The position numbers were made by a program, and so were the translations under genes. The notes beneath the pieces were generated by a model. That model was not told the DNA's origin and did no database searches. It saw only the letters and a list, made by a program, of their open reading frames with translations. From a virus (Duplodnaviria > Caudoviricetes), in the IMG/VR virus record IMGVR_UViG_3300019872_000005, positions 1 to 43,086 of that record: 43,086 nt of DNA; one strand, 5' to 3'. Below, piece by piece: positions 19,525-27,817 of this stretch. Each line of letters opens with the position of its first letter. Positions within the stretch are counted from its first letter, which is position 1.

Positions 19525-20556
19525 TTAAATTGGCATCCTGATCTGACCGGTGATAGTCGCTGTAATGGTGCCACTTGTACTTAATCGCGCATAATAACCG
19601 GACGGAATATAAATAGGGATAGGCACGATCATTAACGCTGCTGTTGTCAAACTCGCAACAACTGTTTGTTGTGTTGGGGTGTTTGTTGACCCAACTCCCA
19701 ACAATATATTTGCTGTGGTTGCGGCTGTAATGGATAGATAAACCGTCATCATCACGTCATAGCCCAGAGTATTTTGAAATGCCGTACCTATGACCAAACT
19801 TGGAGCGGAAGAAACGGGAGGCTGTGTAACCAATCCACCGTTTATATTAGGATTAAGCAGTCTCCAATACGGGAATCCTTGGGTATTGCGACAGTACATT
19901 AAAACAACTTCAATGCCTGCCAAAATAGCGTTAGGGGGCATTGCGGCACTATTTGAAATAGTTATGGGCGTAGCACCTAGACCCCCCACGTCAACAGTGG
20001 GAGCAACTGTTGCATTGGAAAAAAGGGGGGTAAAAGATAGGATTGAACCAAAGCCCGGGCCATAAAATCCAAGATTGACATCCATATTTACTACGTAAGC
20101 ATCGGCGACCCCAGTATCTTCTCCGCGAGAATATTGCGCGCCTTGGATTGAAGCCGCAGAAGCACCAGAAACCGCGGGATTAAGCAAAACAAACGAATCT
20201 TGAGCGAGGCAATAAATGAACACGCAGGGTATCTGTGCTCCTAGCCCAATGTCTCCGGGTGCTAATGGTACGAATTGAGGGCTTTTAATGATCGCGCCGA
20301 ATCCATTTACCGTTAATATTGGCGTATTCGAAGTATTTGCAAAATTTGGTGTAAGGATAACGACCAGTCTATCTGTTAACCCGGTAATAGCGGGAGTTAA
20401 AGTAGCTACATACGCATCAGCAACGCCTTCATCAACTACCGAATTAAAAGCAAATTGCTGCACTTCCTGCCGAGTCGCTTCACCGCCACCTGGACCCGCG
20501 CCGGGGGGATACACGCCAAAAGCGATTGCATTATCTAACCATTGGTCGGCACTCAT
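19525..20556 (-). CDS. Fibre/adhesin-like virion protein with two internal repeats
   Basis: Two copies of D.GVADAYV...TP.F.N...P...V.G.GA, a module typical of tail-fibre proteins; beta-rich C-terminus. Confidence 0.6.
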   Translation of the reverse strand: MSADQWLDNAIAFGVYPPGAGPGGGEATRQEVQQFAFNSVVDEGVADAYVATLTPAITGLTDRLVVILTPNFANTSNTPILTVNGFGAIIKSPQFVPLAPGDIGLGAQIPCVFIYCLAQDSFVLLNPAVSGASAASIQGAQYSRGEDTGVADAYVVNMDVNLGFYGPGFGSILSFTPLFSNATVAPTVDVGGLGATPITISNSAAMPPNAILAGIEVVLMYCRNTQGFPYWRLLNPNINGGLVTQPPVSSAPSLVIGTAFQNTLGYDVMMTVYLSITAATTANILLGVGSTNTPTQQTVVASLTTAALMIVPIPIYIPSGYYARLSTSGTITATITGQIRMPI

Positions 20557-20741
20557 GATTGAGCCTCCCAGATCGAAATACCCGTGATATAAGTACCATT
20601 ATTTGTATACGTTTTAGTATAAGTAACGCCCCCGAAAACTACGGATATTGTAGCTACCAAGTCCCCGTCATACGTTATGGTCTTAGCCAGTGCATCAATA
20701 GGCAACTGAGCTACTGCATTTGTCGGCACAGTCATACTCAT
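20553..20741 (-). CDS. Small beta-strand protein
   Basis: TITYDGDLVATISV..GGVTYTKTYT...W; ATGA overlaps on both sides. Confidence 0.6.
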   Translation of the reverse strand: MSMTVPTNAVAQLPIDALAKTITYDGDLVATISVVFGGVTYTKTYTNNGTYITGISIWEAQS

Positions 20742-21148
20742 TTTTTAATACCCCCTTTCATAATCTGTTGGTAAATTTTAGCTGCCTCAATTGGGTCAAT
20801 TACATTTATACTAATATCAGGCTCGGCGACATTGCAATCTAATTCGGGATCGTATCTTTCAGACCATCCCGCGCGAGTCCTTAAATAAAAAAGAATCGCT
20901 TGGAGGTTACCCGCCATTATTAAGTCCCATAATTTTTTTGAGACTTTCGCTATGGCCTGCGCTTGACCCCGCTGAAAACCTTTTCTAAGTTCGGGTGTAC
21001 GTTTTTCCGCTTTCGACCATACATCTTTGCTGTGACCGAAGTAATTTTGAATCAGATACTTTGTCAACCCTAAACCCGCAAGCATCGACACTTCTTTTAT
21101 TTCCTCGTCTGTGGGCAAAAACGTTGGGGTGTTACCATTCCTCGCCAT
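20738..21148 (-). CDS. terS: Terminase small subunit
   Basis: N-terminal HTH, GNLQAILFYLRTRAGWSE oligomerisation motif, DPIEAAKIYQQIM C-terminus. Confidence 0.75.
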   Translation of the reverse strand: MARNGNTPTFLPTDEEIKEVSMLAGLGLTKYLIQNYFGHSKDVWSKAEKRTPELRKGFQRGQAQAIAKVSKKLWDLIMAGNLQAILFYLRTRAGWSERYDPELDCNVAEPDISINVIDPIEAAKIYQQIMKGGIKK

Positions 21149-21156
21149 AAGCCTTC

Positions 21157-21810
21157 CTAATCAATTTGGAGCGCGTTGGTCGGTATCGCTCCGCCGCTTT
21201 CGAGCTGGTCGCCCGAATTAGCCTTTGTAACGCGCTTAGGGTACTTTTTTGATAGTTTTAGTATATCGGTACGTATCGAGTCACACAAGGGCATTAGGTA
21301 GCGGTGCTTGACGCTGCCCTTAACTATCTGTATGAAATCCTTACCCATGTGTGTACCGTATTTCGCGCGCATACTGCGCCCGTGCATCCTCACGCCGTTT
21401 ACCATGTATTCATCGGCGGCGTTAGATTTACCTGAATAAATCCAGTTAGTCGCTTGATAAATACCGCCATGATGATTTTGATTTGTGTCTGCAAATGAGA
21501 TAATTAATTTTAGACCCGGCGAGACTTGACGTAATAGTTTAAAACTGATAGCCATTATCCGGCTAACGGGCGTTTCATGCATTGTTAATGCAATTCTCAC
21601 AAGCTCGCAACATTCCGTTTGCTCCAGCCCATAGGGCGCGCCTAAGGTGCTGTTTGCGCCTCGACCATACAAAACCACGCCTATAAACTTCCCATGCTCC
21701 CACACGCCGATTTTGATTAACTTACCGGCGGGTACAGTCTTGCTATAATGGAAATTCACACAAGCGTATTTTGTAGCCTCAAAGCTCGCAAAGTCTAATT
21801 TTAATGTCAT
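21157..21810 (-). CDS. mom: Mom-family (GNAT-fold) DNA adenine modification protein
   Basis: HYS...GVVLYG...ELVRIAL...IISFADTNQNHHGGIYQATNWIYSG...KHRY motifs; start at 21810 via TAATG coupling to the ParB-N gene. Confidence 0.85.
   Translation of the reverse strand: MTLKLDFASFEATKYACVNFHYSKTVPAGKLIKIGVWEHGKFIGVVLYGRGANSTLGAPYGLEQTECCELVRIALTMHETPVSRIMAISFKLLRQVSPGLKLIISFADTNQNHHGGIYQATNWIYSGKSNAADEYMVNGVRMHGRSMRAKYGTHMGKDFIQIVKGSVKHRYLMPLCDSIRTDILKLSKKYPKRVTKANSGDQLESGGAIPTNALQID
21167..21235 (-). ncRNA. tRNA(Gly)-like RNA embedded in the 3' end of the mom-like CDS
   Basis: GCGCGTT-ACAAAGGCTAAT-TCGGG-CGACCAG-CTCGA-AAGC-GGCGG-AGCGATA-CCGACC-AACGCGC-T-CCA: perfect 7-bp acceptor stem, U discriminator, CCA, 5-bp/7-nt anticodon arm (ACC), bulged T-arm, no D-stem. 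Confidence 0.75.
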
Positions 21811-22325
21811 TAATCTAAATCTCTTAAATCGAATTGGTGATCGCAATGCGGACATATTACTAGCTTAGGTTCTAATACGTCTAGTTTGCCTTGCTCGCCG
21901 ATACTGGCGGGGTCGAAGTTCATTTTACCTAGCATTTCGTCAAGCTCTGTTTTAGAGAACCCCGTGGAGCTTAAATCGAATCCGGGGGTGTCGTCTAATG
22001 TGTGGAGTTCTTCGGAGAGCATATCGTAATCCCACTCGGCGTTCATTGCGATTTTATTCGCTGCGAGTATGTAGCCCTTTTGTTTCGCTTCGTCTATCAA
22101 GTGGTGCTGTACGATTACGGGAATTTCTTTAAGCCCCATTTTCTTTGCAGCCTTAACGCGAGCATGGCCGGATAAAATCACAAAACTAGCGTTACATTCT
22201 ACGGGCACGTTGAAGCCGAAATCTTTAATACTCTTAATAATTTGGTCAATCTGTTCTTTTGGGTGCTTCCTGGCATTTTTTTTATAATCTTTTAATTTCG
22301 ATGGCTCGAGCATAATTACATTCAC
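21810..22325 (-). CDS. ParB/Srx N-terminal domain protein (no parS-binding HTH evident), C-terminal CPHC
   Basis: NARKHP..QI..I..SI..FGFNVP...ILSGHARVKAAKKMG...YILAANKIA..AEWD. Confidence 0.88.
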   Translation of the reverse strand: MNVIMLEPSKLKDYKKNARKHPKEQIDQIIKSIKDFGFNVPVECNASFVILSGHARVKAAKKMGLKEIPVIVQHHLIDEAKQKGYILAANKIAMNAEWDYDMLSEELHTLDDTPGFDLSSTGFSKTELDEMLGKMNFDPASIGEQGKLDVLEPKLVICPHCDHQFDLRDLD

Positions 22326-22349
22326 AATAATTCTCCTTAAAAATTATAA

Positions 22350-22378
22350 ATTATAGGCGTATGGACGGTACTTGTACA
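22350..22378 (-). promoter_or_regulatory. Promoter for the parB-N/mom/terS operon (TGTACA-17-TATAAT)
   Basis: 17-bp spacing, followed by AAGGAG RBS and GTG start. Confidence 0.55.
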
Positions 22379-22400
22379 GTTTTCAGTTCTTCGAGTTTTC

Positions 22401-22676
22401 CATGTCACTGAGTGTCATCCCCCAGTGTCATGCCTGAAACCCACGCCCAGTATGGGTTTCCTCGATTTGCATGTCACTCATGTCACCAAAAAGGCTGTTT
22501 CGCAAACCCCAGGCGTTTTCCTGTAGCTGTAGCTGTAGCTGTAGCTGTAGCTGTAGCTGTAGCTGATGTTTTTATATAATTAAGTGTCATTAGTGTCATT
22601 AGTGTCATAGAACCATACTGGGTAAGGGCTTCCGGCATGACACTGAAATTATTTTTAGTGTCATTTCAGTGTCATG
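22401..22676. repeat. Putative replication origin: 11 TGTCA(T/C) iteron-like motifs and a 33-bp imperfect inverted repeat
   Basis: IR arms 22423..22455 and 22613..22645 (28/33 match); AGTGTCAT in tandem at 9-nt spacing; AT-rich patch; largest non-coding region, near the primase-helicase gene. Confidence 0.65.
22521..22565. repeat. Hexamer tandem repeat (CTGTAG)7+CTG
   Basis: Directly visible perfect repeat between the IR arms. Confidence 0.95.
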
Positions 22677-22743
22677 TACTTATTTTTGTGAGTTTATATA
22701 AAATGGCCTATAATAAACCTTTTTACCGTATCGGGAGTTTTGT

Positions 22744-23253
22744 ATGAGATTTGACCAATGGCTTTTGAAACATATAAATGCGGGGGGAGGGGTAGGGCGG
22801 GTTGCTTACGATTTTAAAATAACGGGATATAACCCCCTTTTTAAGTACCGATATTGTGACCTTTTTATTAGATGTTACGCCTACGCTCGATACGAGCATA
22901 AACGATTAAAAATCATTTTACCTTTCAGTGAATGGCTTTTAGGATACGTAACTGAGTGGGGATTAATAGGGAATTTAGCTAGGGATATATCGGACGGTAT
23001 GATCTGCGTTGACGCAAAATATAAATACTGTAGAGGGTATGTGAGATTTTTTGTTACTTGTCGTCACCGGTATAGTAAAACCTCTTTTAAAGAATTAGAT
23101 AAGCTAGACTGTCCCCTAAATTTAGATTCTCCAATAGAGGGTGTTAAAAGGGTGTCTTTGTTTCTAATAGAGCACCCTTGTTTTAGTGGGTTTGATATAT
23201 TTCCTGAGTTGAAGAATTATCCAGCCTTTAAGGATTGTGTTTACCGCTCTTAG
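22744..23253 (+). CDS. Hypothetical protein with two YozE-like helical repeats
   Basis: F..WLL......G.VG.VA.D occurs twice; TATAAT and GGGAG upstream. Confidence 0.45.
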   Translation: MRFDQWLLKHINAGGGVGRVAYDFKITGYNPLFKYRYCDLFIRCYAYARYEHKRLKIILPFSEWLLGYVTEWGLIGNLARDISDGMICVDAKYKYCRGYVRFFVTCRHRYSKTSFKELDKLDCPLNLDSPIEGVKRVSLFLIEHPCFSGFDIFPELKNYPAFKDCVYRS

Positions 23254-25393
23254 GCACAAGATGATGAAAGCGGCCAGCCATAGTTCGCTTTGGTAATTCC
23301 CCGGTTAATCGAGTGAGTATTTTACCCATTTGAGTACATTGAAAGCGCGAAGGGTTCTGAAACCCTAACGCGCGCAAAACTTCCGAAGCCGAGTAAGCAA
23401 TTTTGGTTTTCCCTTCCCCGAAGAAATCAAAGAACGTGTGTACCAGCTCTTCCAGGGGGTTTATTTGCTCATGGTGTCGGTTGTGTACGTTCAGCTCGTT
23501 AAACTCGTCTGGGGTCATCCACGTTTGTTCCCCGGTCGCCCATATCGCATAGACCTCCGCCCATACTTGCGCCATGTCTAACCCGTGTTTATCGTTAATA
23601 GCGGTTACGTGCAAAGTCCACCATCGGCGGTTTCCGGTATCGTCTACTAAAAAATGAGGGTCGTTCACGGTTGCGGCGAATACGGTTCTCCGTTTTAAAA
23701 CGCTATCTTTGCGTGCGTAGGGCAATCGTATTTTGTCCACGTCTTCGGTTAGATAGCTTTTGATTCGAGCGATATCTGCTTTCCTAAATGTACCGTCCAG
23801 TTCCCCGAGTTCGACAATCCAAAAACTCGCAACCGTTTTAACAACGTCTTTGTCCTTAGGGTCTAACGTAGCCCCGGTTTTAACTGCATCACAATCGAAC
23901 GGGTCTAATGCCTTAATAAAGCGCGTTTTACCTATGTTCTGGTCGCCTGCGAGTACTAACACCCCGTGAGACGCAAAACCCTTCTCCGAATGAATAGCCG
24001 CTATTGCCGATATCATCCAACGCCTAACGAGCTTGTAACTCAAAGCCGGGTTTGTTGTTTCTAGCGTGTTTATGAACTGGTCGAGCCTGGACACACCGTC
24101 CCAAGGGTTTTGTTTAAGCCCTTCTACGACCGGGTGATAATTCTCTCTTTGCCCCAGTAAGTTTAAATGATCGTCTATTCGTGCTATCGGCATTTCATTG
24201 TTTAAGGCTAAATCGCGAATGATATTAAGCGCGAAGTTCTCAGCGTCCTCGGGGAATAGCTCACATTTTGGTATAAAAACCTCTCGGTCACGCTTCATAT
24301 TGTTCCAGCGGACAATTATCCCGTAGATATCCAAGAGCATTTTCAGGTTTGTTGAGGTATCCAGGACTTTCCCACGATTAGATATTTCCGGGTAGTTCAT
24401 GGCTTGGAGTATATTCTGTTGCGTGGGCGTATCAGCTTTGCTATCATGCGGTAACGCCTGTGGCGGGCGCGCATGAATGTAGTAGTTAGACTTGACCCCC
24501 CGAGCATTCAAAACTGTCCGGGGGAGATAGCCTGGCGAAGCCTCCCACTTATCCCGTTTCAACTTCGATAAATTCATTAACTCTTGTACCCGTTCGCAAT
24601 TTCCGCCCGTAAAATAATGCAATCGCTGAGCGAGTGCCGCATCGGCTGAGCTGTAGTCGTATTCTTTTCCGGGGGTCTGTGTGGGCCAGCGTGCAGCGAG
24701 TACGGGTATGTTGTTTTCCCACAGGTCTCGAATTGAAATCATCCCCCCGAACGCTTCGTTTTTGCTGAGGGGCCGATTTAAAAACCATTCGATCAGTTGC
24801 GCGTTATCTTCGGGGGGATTTGTACCCTCTGCGGCTTCGGTCGTCCATTCCTCGGGTTGACTTGTGATTGTATCCGCTTCGATGCCCAAAGCTGAGATAA
24901 ATTGCGCTAAACGCCCGGTATGAACCGTTTGCGCGTCACCGTGCGCGTTTATTTCTGCAAGAGCACAAAAACGCCCGGACGTGTAAATTTCGAGGCCTAG
25001 CGAAGTCAAACGTTTGCCGTGAAAAGGCGCGTCACCCTCAAAACGTCCGATTATGTGTATCCCTTTGCAGGAATGAGATACCTCAACATACGCACCGGGA
25101 AAATAGGTAAGCGTGTTAAGAGCTAATTCGCTCCATGTGTCGTTTGTATTCAAACAGTTGTCAAGGTCTATAAAAAAATAGTTATCCCCGGGCATAAACA
25201 CATATCCAACCCCGTACGATTCGCCGAGCGCATCGGCCTTGGCCTTAACGGTTTCATACGGCATATGGACTTCGGGGTCTAGGGGGTTGTGTGCTTGAAG
25301 AGTGTTCGGATTGAGGGGTATTTTATTTGATTTTCCGTTCCCCATGGGGGCGTACTGACACAGAATGTATCGCGGTAAAAGTGGCTTTGACAT
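23228..25393 (-). CDS. Primase-polymerase fused to a VirE/VapE-like helicase
   Basis: IDLDNC and EVSHSCKGIH AEP-like motifs; DYSSADAALA...RDKW helical bundle; Walker A GDQNIGKT, WIVELGEL, RLPYAR, DDTGNRRWW. Confidence 0.88.
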   Translation of the reverse strand: MSKPLLPRYILCQYAPMGNGKSNKIPLNPNTLQAHNPLDPEVHMPYETVKAKADALGESYGVGYVFMPGDNYFFIDLDNCLNTNDTWSELALNTLTYFPGAYVEVSHSCKGIHIIGRFEGDAPFHGKRLTSLGLEIYTSGRFCALAEINAHGDAQTVHTGRLAQFISALGIEADTITSQPEEWTTEAAEGTNPPEDNAQLIEWFLNRPLSKNEAFGGMISIRDLWENNIPVLAARWPTQTPGKEYDYSSADAALAQRLHYFTGGNCERVQELMNLSKLKRDKWEASPGYLPRTVLNARGVKSNYYIHARPPQALPHDSKADTPTQQNILQAMNYPEISNRGKVLDTSTNLKMLLDIYGIIVRWNNMKRDREVFIPKCELFPEDAENFALNIIRDLALNNEMPIARIDDHLNLLGQRENYHPVVEGLKQNPWDGVSRLDQFINTLETTNPALSYKLVRRWMISAIAAIHSEKGFASHGVLVLAGDQNIGKTRFIKALDPFDCDAVKTGATLDPKDKDVVKTVASFWIVELGELDGTFRKADIARIKSYLTEDVDKIRLPYARKDSVLKRRTVFAATVNDPHFLVDDTGNRRWWTLHVTAINDKHGLDMAQVWAEVYAIWATGEQTWMTPDEFNELNVHNRHHEQINPLEELVHTFFDFFGEGKTKIAYSASEVLRALGFQNPSRFQCTQMGKILTRLTGELPKRTMAGRFHHLVPKSGKHNP

Positions 25394-25408
25394 GAATGTT
25401 TTAATCCT

Positions 25409-25729
25409 TTAGTTTGTTAAATAACGAATCACCTTTTCTTTTAATTGTTTGGGTAATCCAGCGGTTTCTTCGCCCCAAGCTGCATAATTCTCAGCTAAAA
25501 TTGGTAAAATCTCCTTTTCGATTGCTGTTGATAAAACGATGTTACGTAGGTTTTCGATGCCATCAAAATAGTGATTGATAAGCGCACTCGCGCATTGCAC
25601 CCGGTTTGCCACGGCTCGGCGGGTTAGTTGGCGATACCCGTTTTCGATTGATAAATTAATCGCCGTATTTAAAATTTGTTCTTTACGCGCGTGGGGTTCC
25701 ATTCTCGCACCTTTATTTCTGTTCGTCAT
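25409..25729 (-). CDS. TetR-family HTH transcriptional regulator (short)
   Basis: RKEQILNTAINL...GY..LTRRAVA....ASALINHYF. Confidence 0.8.
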   Translation of the reverse strand: MTNRNKGARMEPHARKEQILNTAINLSIENGYRQLTRRAVANRVQCASALINHYFDGIENLRNIVLSTAIEKEILPILAENYAAWGEETAGLPKQLKEKVIRYLTN

Positions 25730-25756
25730 TATCTGCCTCGATATTATTTATATGGG

Positions 25757-26125
25757 TCATAACGTACCCCTTCCAGTTGTAAAACAAGCATCCCCGCCGA
25801 GTGAGTTAATTAGTTCGGCCCAAGCTAATTGCGCGCGTTCCCTCTCGGTCCCGGTATATTTCCATCCCGGGTGTTTAACTTCGCGAGAGATAAATTGCCC
25901 CAGGGTTATACCCACATGTTCTTGCGTAATAAGCACAGGTCGGATTCCGATCAAATCCGCCGATTTTATGCAGCGATTTAGTTGCGCTGAGTCATTCGCC
26001 AGCCCGAACCGGATAAACTGACCGGTGGGGGTATATGTAGCTCCTACATTATTTCGCCACAACCTGCAACCAGATTGCGAGGCTTCTAGCCGGATATCGC
26101 TTGATACGCCCGATTCGCTTATCAT
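25757..26125 (-). CDS. VRR-NUC domain nuclease
   Basis: SES..SSDIR...LWRNNVG...SADLIG...EVK...Q..W......LGG.A. Confidence 0.85.
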   Translation of the reverse strand: MISESGVSSDIRLEASQSGCRLWRNNVGATYTPTGQFIRFGLANDSAQLNRCIKSADLIGIRPVLITQEHVGITLGQFISREVKHPGWKYTGTERERAQLAWAELINSLGGDACFTTGRGTL

Positions 26126-27741
26126 AAATTATTGCCCATAGAGTCAACAATTTTACAATATAACAGATTTGAGTCTGCACTGCCAAGAGCTTGCGCGCTT
26201 AATACATCTATGTTAAAGGCGTGATAGAATCGGCGGTAAATCTCAGAGTCACTTGCGCCCGCATGTTTGTAATACCCTGCCCACGCTGCGATTGCTTCGC
26301 GTAATTGATGTTGTATCCTGATTTTTTCAGCGTGTCTGTTTTGTATGCCACGTATGACATAAGGTTCAACGCCTTGCGGGTATTTTGGCGCGTCTGTGAC
26401 GTTTCGATCCGCTTCGCCCCGGAGGGCCGCCAGCGTTTCGGTGTCAAGTTCGAATAAATCCCCGTCTACGAATTGCGGGGAATTCCGGGCTTGGGGTTGT
26501 GAATAGTGGCCGCAGTAGGGGCATTCGCGAGAAAATCGAGTAAATACGCTCAGGCATTTTAAACACGTTTTGAGAGGTATTACGTCTTCGGGGGTACTCC
26601 GTGACCTGCGTTCTCTCGGCTCTAACGTCCACACTCGCGGTGCGTCCGGTAGCCCATGCCGTGCGTAATTGTTTACGTGGTCAATTATGATAGCATGAGA
26701 TTTACCAGCCAACGGTCGCAACGCCCGACCGAACTGTTGCGCGAACGTGGCGTAGCTCTCGGTCGGTCGGCCCATGGACACAACTTCAATTGCCGGAACG
26801 TCTACGCCCTCGCCCAAAATGTCTACGTTTACCAATTGTAACAGCTCTCCTGAACGAAACCGACGCATAGCCTGCTGCCGGAGTAGCGGAGGCGTTAAAC
26901 TGCTGATAACCTCTGCGGATACGCCCTGTAATTTAAATTCCAGAGCTATCTCCGCGGCAGCTTTAATATCCACAGCGAACGTGACACCGCGTTTACCGGG
27001 CGCGATACGCAAATAATGCTCAACGATATCCCCCGTAATTTTTGATTTATGTACAGCGGTGCGCAAGGGTGCGGGGCTGAAGTCTCCCCCCGCGGAACGT
27101 GTAACCTGCGATAAATCCAAATCGTTCGGGGGTGCGAATATACGGTAGTCACACAAATAACCCTCGCTGATTAACCTGCGCATCGAGGGGCCTATAATCA
27201 TGTCATCGCAAAGCCCGTCACTGCGTCTGCCCAGGCCTCGACCGTCTGCGCGAACGGGCGTAGCGGTCGGGAAGAACCCACGGGCATTGGGAAACCGTTC
27301 GCATGCCTTGCCCCATTTATTCGCTTTGAGTACGTGGTGCGCTTCGTCAATGATTAAGAGTGTCACGCGTGTAAACCACGGAGTTAATGCAGGCATCCGC
27401 AACAACGTATCAACAGACGCTAAAAAACAAATAGCATTCGGGTCATAAAACCCGCGCTGATGAGCTACGTGATGCGTTGCCACAATTTCCCGGATAGTAT
27501 TTTTCGGCGCGATGATGTTGTGTCGAATTCCGAAACTAGCGAGCGTCAACGACAACTGTGAAACCAATTCTGTTCTATGCGCTATAACCACGGAGTACCC
27601 GGCGTGCTGTTGTACAATCGTGCTGATAATCACAGATTTACCGCCCCCGGTTGAGAGTTGGCCTAATACGTTTGGGCTTCCCGAGTTCCAGAGTTTTGCG
27701 GTTTGCTGTACCATATTTTCCTGATAATCCCTTAGCTGCAT
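26122..27741 (-). CDS. Superfamily 2 DEAH-box helicase with C-terminal Zn ribbon
   Basis: LRDYQ, STGGGKS, IDEAHH, TATP, GEGVDVP, QQFGRALR, CLKC...CPYC. Confidence 0.93.
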   Translation of the reverse strand: MQLRDYQENMVQQTAKLWNSGSPNVLGQLSTGGGKSVIISTIVQQHAGYSVVIAHRTELVSQLSLTLASFGIRHNIIAPKNTIREIVATHHVAHQRGFYDPNAICFLASVDTLLRMPALTPWFTRVTLLIIDEAHHVLKANKWGKACERFPNARGFFPTATPVRADGRGLGRRSDGLCDDMIIGPSMRRLISEGYLCDYRIFAPPNDLDLSQVTRSAGGDFSPAPLRTAVHKSKITGDIVEHYLRIAPGKRGVTFAVDIKAAAEIALEFKLQGVSAEVISSLTPPLLRQQAMRRFRSGELLQLVNVDILGEGVDVPAIEVVSMGRPTESYATFAQQFGRALRPLAGKSHAIIIDHVNNYARHGLPDAPRVWTLEPRERRSRSTPEDVIPLKTCLKCLSVFTRFSRECPYCGHYSQPQARNSPQFVDGDLFELDTETLAALRGEADRNVTDAPKYPQGVEPYVIRGIQNRHAEKIRIQHQLREAIAAWAGYYKHAGASDSEIYRRFYHAFNIDVLSAQALGSADSNLLYCKIVDSMGNNL

Positions 27742-27754
27742 AATTTAATCTATG

Positions 27755-27800
27755 TTGTTGACAGGTGCGTCAATATAACTTTATAATCAATTCTTGTCAA
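27755..27800. promoter_or_regulatory. Overlapping divergent sigma70 promoters with shared palindromic operator
   Basis: Rightward TTGACA(27758)-18-TATAAT; leftward TTGACA(27800)-17-TATATT; operator TTGAC-AGGTGC-GTCAA. Confidence 0.75.
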
Positions 27801-27817
27801 TTTAAAAGGTGTTCATT

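Noticed and set aside
21167-21235. Canonical translational tRNA gene
   Set aside because: No D-stem, no U33, no TTC in the T-loop, and a bulged T-stem; reported as a tRNA-like RNA instead.
21811-21855. Longer mom start given by the ORF track
   Set aside because: Overlaps the ParB-N gene by 46 nt; TAATG coupling at 21810 is more plausible.
21810-22325. ParB-N gene plus parS as a phage-encoded partition system
   Set aside because: No ParA, no HTH DNA-binding domain evident, and the gene context is modification/packaging.
22521-22610. Repeats as a CRISPR or mini-array
   Set aside because: Units are 6-9 nt with no unique spacers. The DUF2800 nuclease is Cas4-like only in fold and sits in a standard replication module.
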